A DNA stretch of 14,114 nucleotides from an uncultured Nitrososphaerales archaeon (lineage in GTDB: Archaea > Thermoproteota > Nitrososphaeria > Nitrososphaerales > Nitrososphaeraceae), in NCBI GenBank assembly GCA_963709405.1, contig CAVPXM010000100.1, positions 1 through 14,114 of the forward strand, in the 5' to 3' direction. The notes below the pieces were generated by a model, which was not told where the DNA came from, made no database searches, and saw only the letters and a program-made list of their open reading frames with translations. Positions 8,315 to 14,114 of the stretch are shown piece after piece (position 1 is the first letter of the stretch; each line of letters begins with the position of its first letter). The translations under genes were made by a program, and so were the position numbers.

Positions 8315-8633
8315 CAAATCTGCCAATCGTGGAGCTGAACAGGATAAGTTGGAATAAGTTACGTATCATCATTATCTGATCGTGATAAACGTCGATGACT
8401 ATGACTTTAATGACATAGTCATCATAACCTATCCTATTTGTTGCTCGTACCATAAACATAAAATGATTATTCATAATGCTATCGAAATCAAGCACATTGC
8501 TCATACCGTCGAGAATGGAAGTCAATTCTCAACAGGTCATCATTGTAGAATGACACAATTCCTAGCTTTCCCAGCATTATTCACCTCAAAATGTGGACGG
8601 CTAAGGCTTCATCGATCGCTTTCATATCTATGA
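8307..8633 (+). pseudogene. Hypothetical His/Cys-rich ORF with one in-frame TAA (8355-8357)
   Basis: ATG 8307 overlaps the previous stop (ATGAGTAG) and is in frame with ORF-track 8382-8633: MSSKSANRGAEQDKLE*VTYHHYLIVINVDDYDF... Confidence 0.4.
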
Positions 8634-8830
8634 TGAATAGCCTAAAAATGAAAGGCATAGTTCGAACAAGATTAAATAAGACTAGAGATCATAAATTTCA
8701 TCCAACAAGGATCCAAATTCCTTTAACAAAATTATCCCTAGTGTAGGCACAAGTTAACCCTTTGTTACCAAACAGGCAATTGCTTCAATGAGAACAGGTC
8801 GTGACAGTTATGTCGTGGCTGTTTGGTTTA

Positions 8831-9433
8831 TTAATTTTTCTTTACATTAAATACTCTCGCTACAAAAATCAAAGATGGGATCATGGTGACTGGGAAAATA
8901 ACTGCAACATTAAAGTTAACAAATGACAATGCTATGGAAATGATGTAAAGTGAGGGAATAATTGTCAAGCGAATATAGGTCTTCTTCTTCGCTAGACTAT
9001 CCAATTGCTTACTCTGCAGACCCTTTGATCTTACTAAGTACCACCACAGCGAAGTTAACAACAACGAATTGACAATTTGTAACAGTGCTAGAACTGTTAC
9101 TGCTTGCCAGGTCCTATATTGTAATTCCGCGACAGTGGTAATTGGGGTGATTAGTATCAAAACAAAAAAGGTTATTGAGATTAGTGTTATTAGATCATCA
9201 GGAGTTTTTAGATAATCGAAAAAGTTCATAGAAAAAATCCAGAAGACTGAAATTACCATGAAGCTACTTATCAACCCATATAGATTATAATAAAAATCCT
9301 TTAATTCATCTTGATTAACTTGACCATTTATGATCGTTGGAGGAACAAGGTTATATGCCAATATTGTAATAGCAACCAGAAGCACAGAGTCACTAAAACT
9401 CTTTAATCGTTCTGTAGTTAGCATGCTAGACAA
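8831..9433 (-). CDS. TMEM175-family (DUF1211) potassium channel
   Basis: TTERLKSFSDSVLLVAITILAYNL contains the RxxxFSD signature; SFMVISVFW in TM2; about six hydrophobic helices in 200 aa. Start is TTG 9433 or ATG 9424. Confidence 0.9.
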   Translation of the reverse strand: MSSMLTTERLKSFSDSVLLVAITILAYNLVPPTIINGQVNQDELKDFYYNLYGLISSFMVISVFWIFSMNFFDYLKTPDDLITLISITFFVLILITPITTVAELQYRTWQAVTVLALLQIVNSLLLTSLWWYLVRSKGLQSKQLDSLAKKKTYIRLTIIPSLYIISIALSFVNFNVAVIFPVTMIPSLIFVARVFNVKKN

Positions 9434-9649
9434 TTGATGACTGGAATTGTTTGAGGTAGACCTTTGATAATAAGATTACCGAATGTTTAGATTACGATTC
9501 TTCCCTAAACATTTGCGACAGAATAACAGCAGAGAAGACGATATCCAATAAACTGAATAAAAGATGTTATTTGATTTATCAACGATGTTTGAATGCACAT
9601 GCACGTATGGACCAATCCCCTGTTTACAACATATTTATTTTGACCACCA

Positions 9650-9719
9650 TAACTACGTAGATTAATAAAGCTATCGGTAACTACGTAGATTATGACGATA
9701 ACCATATATACGTAGATTA
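9650..9719. promoter_or_regulatory. Three phased near-palindromic sites (TAACTACGTAGATTA) overlapping a TATA-like box; putative operators
   Basis: Identical 15-mers at 9650-9664 and 9678-9692, and TACGTAGATTA again at 9709-9719 (28 and 27 bp period). The core CTACGTAG is palindromic. TATATA at 9705-9710 is 28 nt before ATG 9733. Confidence 0.7.
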
Positions 9720-9732
9720 AGCAGTTATTATT

Positions 9733-9948
9733 ATGGGCAAATGGAAGAAAGATGCCAAGGAATTTGCCGTAGGAGTTAATTACGTTGAGGATAGAGGTTA
9801 TTCTAGTTCAATTCCTAAACCCGTCATGGATAAATTGGGTAATCCTGATTCTTTAAAATTTATTATAAAAGATGATAAAACGATTCAATTAGTTTCTGGT
9901 AAACCGGTTAGTTATTCCGGTAAGGTGAAATCAAGAGGAGGAGGTTAA
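9733..9948 (+). CDS. AbrB/MazE-like swapped-hairpin DNA-binding protein (71 aa)
   Basis: SSSIPKPVMDKLGNPDSLKFIIKDDKTIQLV fits the IPK.h...LG......F.h.D..h.h pattern. Confidence 0.65.
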   Translation: MGKWKKDAKEFAVGVNYVEDRGYSSSIPKPVMDKLGNPDSLKFIIKDDKTIQLVSGKPVSYSGKVKSRGGG

Positions 9949-10236
9949 ATGAATACTAAACAATTACATAGTAATACTAAAAAACATGTAGTCCGAAGGC
10001 ATCCTGTAAGGACGTATAAAAGAGAAATGAAATATCATATTGACGAAACTGAAATAAAATTTAGACGTATTGATAAGGCCGATGCAAAGAAGAAAATCCA
10101 AGACTATATAAATAATAATCCGGGTTGTCTAACAAGCGAAATTATCGAAGGATTGCTGATAGAACCAGGCCTAGTTATGCAAACACTTAAAGAGTTGAAA
10201 CGAGACGACCTTGTTTTGAGCAAGGATATTGAGTGA
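9949..10236 (+). CDS. Small protein with C-terminal winged helix-turn-helix (95 aa)
   Basis: KKIQDYINNNPGCLTSEIIEGLLIEPGLVMQTLKELKRDDLV. Strong SD AGGAGGAGG; ATG directly follows the upstream TAA. Confidence 0.7.
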   Translation: MNTKQLHSNTKKHVVRRHPVRTYKREMKYHIDETEIKFRRIDKADAKKKIQDYINNNPGCLTSEIIEGLLIEPGLVMQTLKELKRDDLVLSKDIE

Positions 10237-10393
10237 GGAAATCCATTTTAGAACAGCTATAGTTTATGCTAGGAAAATAGTCGTTAGTCCTAAACTTTAC
10301 TCCTATGGAACTCATCGATGGAGTATGGCTAAATTAGATGAAGGTAAAATAATAGTCGAACAAAGATGGTTTCCGTCAAGTGCTAAGAAATGA
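10229..10393 (+). CDS. Small hypothetical protein (54 aa, TTG start), third gene of the AbrB/HTH operon
   Basis: MSEEIHFRTAIVYARKIVVSPKLYSYGTHRWSMAKLDEGKIIVEQRWFPSSAKK*. 8-nt overlap (TTGAGTGA) with the HTH gene; AAGGA upstream. Below the ORF-track length cutoff. Confidence 0.5.
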   Translation: MSEEIHFRTAIVYARKIVVSPKLYSYGTHRWSMAKLDEGKIIVEQRWFPSSAKK

Positions 10394-10478
10394 CCCGATA
10401 ATTAACAGCTATATGTAGGGCCCATAGAGTTAACAGAACTATATATACAAATGACGACGTAAATGTTTATAATGAAAG

Positions 10479-10754
10479 ATGAAACCTGCTGAAAGTAAGG
10501 AGAACAGGGATAAGACCTTGAGTAAAGGTATTTTTGGAATACATCATGTTACAGCTATAACAAGCGACGCACAACGAAACATTGATTTTTACACAAATAA
10601 TTTGGGACTTCGGTGTGTAAAACTAACTGTAAATCAAGATGATCCTACTTCATACCATCTCTCTTCTAAAATACACCCTTCCTTTAGTTCAAGGAAGTCA
10701 AACAATTGTTCCTACACGATGCAAAATGTTTCTTCGTTACTAGAGACCTTATAG
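10479..10754 (+). pseudogene. Truncated VOC-family ring-cleaving dioxygenase (MhqO-like); homology ends at ~10661
   Basis: [45 protein letters not shown] is the family N-terminus. The expected YYG continuation is replaced by unrelated sequence; full-length members are ~310 aa. Confidence 0.85.
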
Positions 10755-10777
10755 CATAAACAAAAAGGAAATAATCA

Positions 10778-10974
10778 CTTACATTTCTCAATATTCCTGA
10801 ATTAGAAAGACATGGTGCAGACATAATAAGGAAGGTAGAAGAATTAGAGCAACTGAACCAATCGATGAGAGACCGTGATAGATGTAAGACTACGCAATAG
10901 CACATTTATCAACTCAACTTGTAGCTATAACCGGAAGATTGCAGGAACTTGAGAGAAGACAGATAACAGTCTAG
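10778..10974 (+). pseudogene. Possible C-terminal coiled-coil tail of a Nitrososphaerales-type tyrosine integrase
   Basis: LTFLNIPELERHGADIIRKVEELEQLNQSMRDRD/DYAIAHLSTQLVAITGRLQELERRQITV*. From memory this resembles the tail after the catalytic Tyr (PYLTFL...LE..GAD.....EE......R.RD....AIA.LSDQL) in these integrases. No catalytic residues are present. Confidence 0.5.
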
Positions 10975-12056
10975 ATAATTTTACCTGTATATTCCAATAT
11001 CGTCTGAGGTTTTGCCATTCTATAAAAATCGCAATGCTATATTTATTACGCCTACACTATCGTCGTTGAGTTTGAACGTTCTAATGCGTGGTCAGCAACA
11101 GGAGCAACAACGACAATTACCGGCAGGATGTGGTCCTGGTACTGACAATTCAGCATGCAGTACAAATCCTAGTCAAATGATAACATTGCATTTGAAAATC
11201 CGTCCTAAAGTTTCTTTGATATAAAAGTGAGTAGAACTAATCCAGAAATATTTTTCTCACTGGTTTTCACTAAATTTTGTTTTAATGACACCAATCTGTA
11301 ACGCTGCGGTAAGCAGAATTATATAAATCCTATAAAATAGGACGTGTGCATTTAGGACTGTTTTCTTGATATTTATGAGTCGCGAAACATTTTATGAGGT
11401 TTTTCAAATCGATTTCCAATAATGACCTTGGTATCGTAAATCTACCGCCTTATGATTCAGGTGATATATACTGTTGGTTGTAATTATGAACATTTAAGAC
11501 TGTTGTTTAGGATTTCATCATATGAAATTATTTTTCCGCTTCTCTAATCCTTTTTCGCCAATATGTAGAACTGGACGCTCTTTAAAGTATTCAGAATAAG
11601 CAGCATAACCAAGATTAGATACGGTAATCAACAGATCTTCTAAAGAACTAAGTAATCTGCCGCTATTCATCATCTCATAGTCAGATAAGGGTGGCACAAA
11701 TCACAAGGATGTAAATTGGCGATTTGAGACTCATACTGCACATACAATAATGGGCAAACGGATTATGCTGAAATTTTATACTGTTACTGCCCCATAAAAA
11801 TCCAAATGGATAAAATTAGTATAAGGGATTTTGCAACTTGAAGCCGTACAAAATGCTTAATTCTAATTGCAGATCAGTATACTTGGAATTAACATGTGAA
11901 TTCGCTCTAAATATTTCTTACCATCTTCACATCGAATATTTTACGTCCTGTCTCACATTTGTCTCATGCCACTATTATTATATACAACGCTTAACTTGAT
12001 TCATATGATCAATCAAAAATCAATAAACTAAATAAGAAAATAGAATTGAGCGGAGT

Positions 12057-12546
12057 CAATATGTAGGCATGGCACCATGAACAAGTGTTTTTATCGGTGG
12101 TTTGGATGGCGGTGATCTCGTCCAAGTGGATAGTCTGGGATTGGTTTAGCGGAGGAAAAATATGCGAATACTTATTTGTGCCTTATTTCCTGTTGGAACT
12201 ACAATACCCACCTTCTGAGCGTAGTTTTTATAGTCAGTTATCATCTTCTGGAGAACTGCAGGTTGTTTGTCTGCTAGGTTGTTATTCTGTTCCAGGATCA
12301 TTTCCTATGTATACACCTGCCATTTCCCCAGTAGGATGTGATTCATCGTTCATTGCCAGCGATGGGCCCTCATATACAGCTGTATTGTTGAACAACTTCC
12401 CCCTTCATACTCACTTGCCTTGAAGCCAGCCAGTGGAGGTACTGAAACGTAAGGACCCCATGCACCGAAATTGACATTCGTAGTTGAATTACCCAAGTTC
12501 GCAACAGTGTATTAGATAGATATTGATTTGGTTGCCCCTTTAGTAC
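12057..12546 (-). pseudogene. Arylsulfatase internal and C-terminal remnant
   Basis: LGNSTTNVNFGAWGPYVSVPPLAGFKASEYEGG (cf. W..vS..P....K....EGG), then /KLFNNTAVYEG...YIGNDPG/NNLADKQPAVLQKMITDYKNYAQKVGIVVP (cf. DPGE..nLA...P..l..m...y..Ya..vGv..P). Multiple stops and frameshifts, and an apparent internal deletion after EGG. Confidence 0.7.
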
Positions 12547-12780
12547 TAGATATTTGTATCCAAACTATTTCTCGTTGCAATTGCTCTAACTTTAGCGGCA
12601 AGTAAGTATATGTTGACATCAATATTTCTGAGAATGCTTAATCTGCATCTAATGAATCACGCTCTTTAATTGATGCGCTTTCGATACCACGATGAGAGTA
12701 AATTAATCTCAAGTCTTTGACAAAAATATACCGCTCCGCCACTCTATAATATTAGCCTGTGATACTTATTGAGATCGTAC

Positions 12781-14114
12781 TTTTACAAAGCGCAGAAAGA
12801 TATTTCATTCATATATGATAGCCACGTCGGCTGAATTCTCTAACACAGGAGTGAATTAGCCCAATAGTTTCCTTTTCGCTATGCTGTTCTTATTGTTAAA
12901 CATGTTTAGAGGCATAATTATCATTCCTTCCTCCACTCTGCCTCTCCAGGATGGAATTGTGAAGTCAGCTATAACTATCCTAAGGCCCGCTGTAATTCGT
13001 ACTGCCTAAGTTCGGGCTTTACTTTAGCGCCTATCAGCCATTTTTCTTTGTCCAGCATGACAGTATCAAACTTTATTTGACCAATCATATCTAAATATTA
13101 GTTAGAACAGTTCCCCCTGATATTCCAGATCGCTAAAATCTAGAGTATTGTTATACGCCTCTTCTCTTAACATATTAATAGTCTTGGAGGAAAAGTCAAA
13201 TATCTTATTTGATATAGTATGTTCATCATTTTTGCGGTTTATCCGTATTATTTTGCCTATTTCAAATTGTCCTATTATTATATCTGAATATTTTCTAGTT
13301 TTAAATGCCAGACCATGATTCATAGTCGTTCTGTCTAATGAGGCATTTATGACGTCATCTTTTGCACCATGATCTTTTGCAATCTTGATTAACTCTCTTG
13401 CTAGATCTACATAGTCCGATATTAGTAATAGAGCCTGTTCCTCACGTTTTGTTCTGTCCGAATAGGTTATGTCCCCATTTCTATTTACAACACCATCACG
13501 GTCCCAGGGAATCCTGTCTTGCTTAAGTGGATGAACATTGACCAAGGCGATGTTCAATCTTGGAACAGTGTCTTTGAAACCCTTTCTCTTGAGCCAATAT
13601 TGCCGGTGTAGCCCAACAACTTGCGTTAGAGGAGTATTGCTCATTATTCCGCCATCCCAAAAGTACCGGATATTTTTCTCATAGTTAGATGTAGCATTAT
13701 TATAGCTTTCAACTTCTAATGTGCTATAGCCGTAATTAAGTGGTACAGATGCACTTGCAATAACTTGATCAGCTGTAATCCCATCGTTGTACCTTATAAC
13801 ATGCGTGAATCCCACTTCTTTCCCATTTTGAACAATATATTTTCCATACTGGGATTTTCTGGTACCATCTTCCTTTTCGTAACTATCAAATACTACACCA
13901 GCACCCTCCGCTACATCAACACTAACGAGGATGAGTCTTGGTTTAGTCAATGAAGCTTCTTCGTCGAAAGTTGTTGCTATTGGAAACTTCGCGAATCTTT
14001 CTAAACTTCTCTTTAATGGACCACTGTCAAAGCGATACCATATATTCTGAGGATCAAAAAATTTAGTGTCGAGTTGTGGCGTTAAAGGAGAAAAAACGGT
14101 AGGTACCCCTAAAA
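12781..14114 (-). repeat. Right arm of the large imperfect inverted repeat (partner 211-1538)
   Basis: Its reverse complement aligns with 211-1538. Confidence 0.95.
13102..14114 (-). CDS. Patatin-like phospholipase family protein, 5'-partial (frame open to the window edge)
   Basis: The frame continues upstream of the ORF-track start at 13950 (LGVPTVFSPLTPQLDTKFFDPQNIWYRFDSGPLKRSLERFAKFPIATTFDEEASLTKPRLILVSVDV). Motifs ASASVP and FWDGGIMSNTP; stop TAA 13102-13104. Confidence 0.9.
   Translation of the reverse strand, partial: LGVPTVFSPLTPQLDTKFFDPQNIWYRFDSGPLKRSLERFAKFPIATTFDEEASLTKPRLILVSVDVAEGAGVVFDSYEKEDGTRKSQYGKYIVQNGKEVGFTHVIRYNDGITADQVIASASVPLNYGYSTLEVESYNNATSNYEKNIRYFWDGGIMSNTPLTQVVGLHRQYWLKRKGFKDTVPRLNIALVNVHPLKQDRIPWDRDGVVNRNGDITYSDRTKREEQALLLISDYVDLARELIKIAKDHGAKDDVINASLDRTTMNHGLAFKTRKYSDIIIGQFEIGKIIRINRKNDEHTISNKIFDFSSKTINMLREEAYNNTLDFSDLEYQGELF

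Noticed and set aside
6452-8525. Minus-strand ORFs 6452-6652, 7599-7796 and 8301-8525
   Set aside because: Antisense to better-supported plus-strand genes.
9650-9719. Mini CRISPR array
   Set aside because: 15-bp repeats with 12-13-bp spacers are far too short, and no cas genes are present.
9505-10905. Minus-strand ORFs 9505-9705 and 10684-10905
   Set aside because: The first spans a promoter/operator region; the second is antisense to the integrase-like remnant.
12085-13953. Plus-strand ORFs 12085-12423 and 13765-13953
   Set aside because: Antisense shadows of the arylsulfatase remnant and of the patatin gene.
13102-14114. CBASS system with patatin as the CapV effector
   Set aside because: No CD-NTase or other CBASS gene is visible in the window; the upstream neighbours lie outside it.

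Overview
AT-rich DNA whose gene repertoire and GGTGA-type ribosome-binding sites point to a soil ammonia-oxidising archaeon (Nitrososphaerales-like; inferred, not verified). The window is bracketed by two inverted, converging copies of a patatin-like phospholipase gene (roughly 90% amino-acid identity by manual alignment). Each copy is followed by the same ~320-bp non-coding block. The left copy has three single-base frameshifts; the right copy is open. The ~11.2 kb between them is a patchwork. Apparently intact genes: SHOCT protein, SnoaL-like protein, TMEM175 K+ channel, and an AbrB-like + winged-HTH operon. Fragments: PPOX-family gene, IS6 transposase, two arylsulfatase pieces, DM13 domain and a VOC dioxygenase. 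About 6.8-11.0 kb looks like a decayed integrative element or provirus. It has an AEP primase remnant, a chain of six translationally coupled micro-ORFs mostly missed by the ORF track, an AbrB/HTH operon with three phased palindromic sites, and a possible integrase C-terminus. All family calls come from motif recognition by eye; no searches were run.
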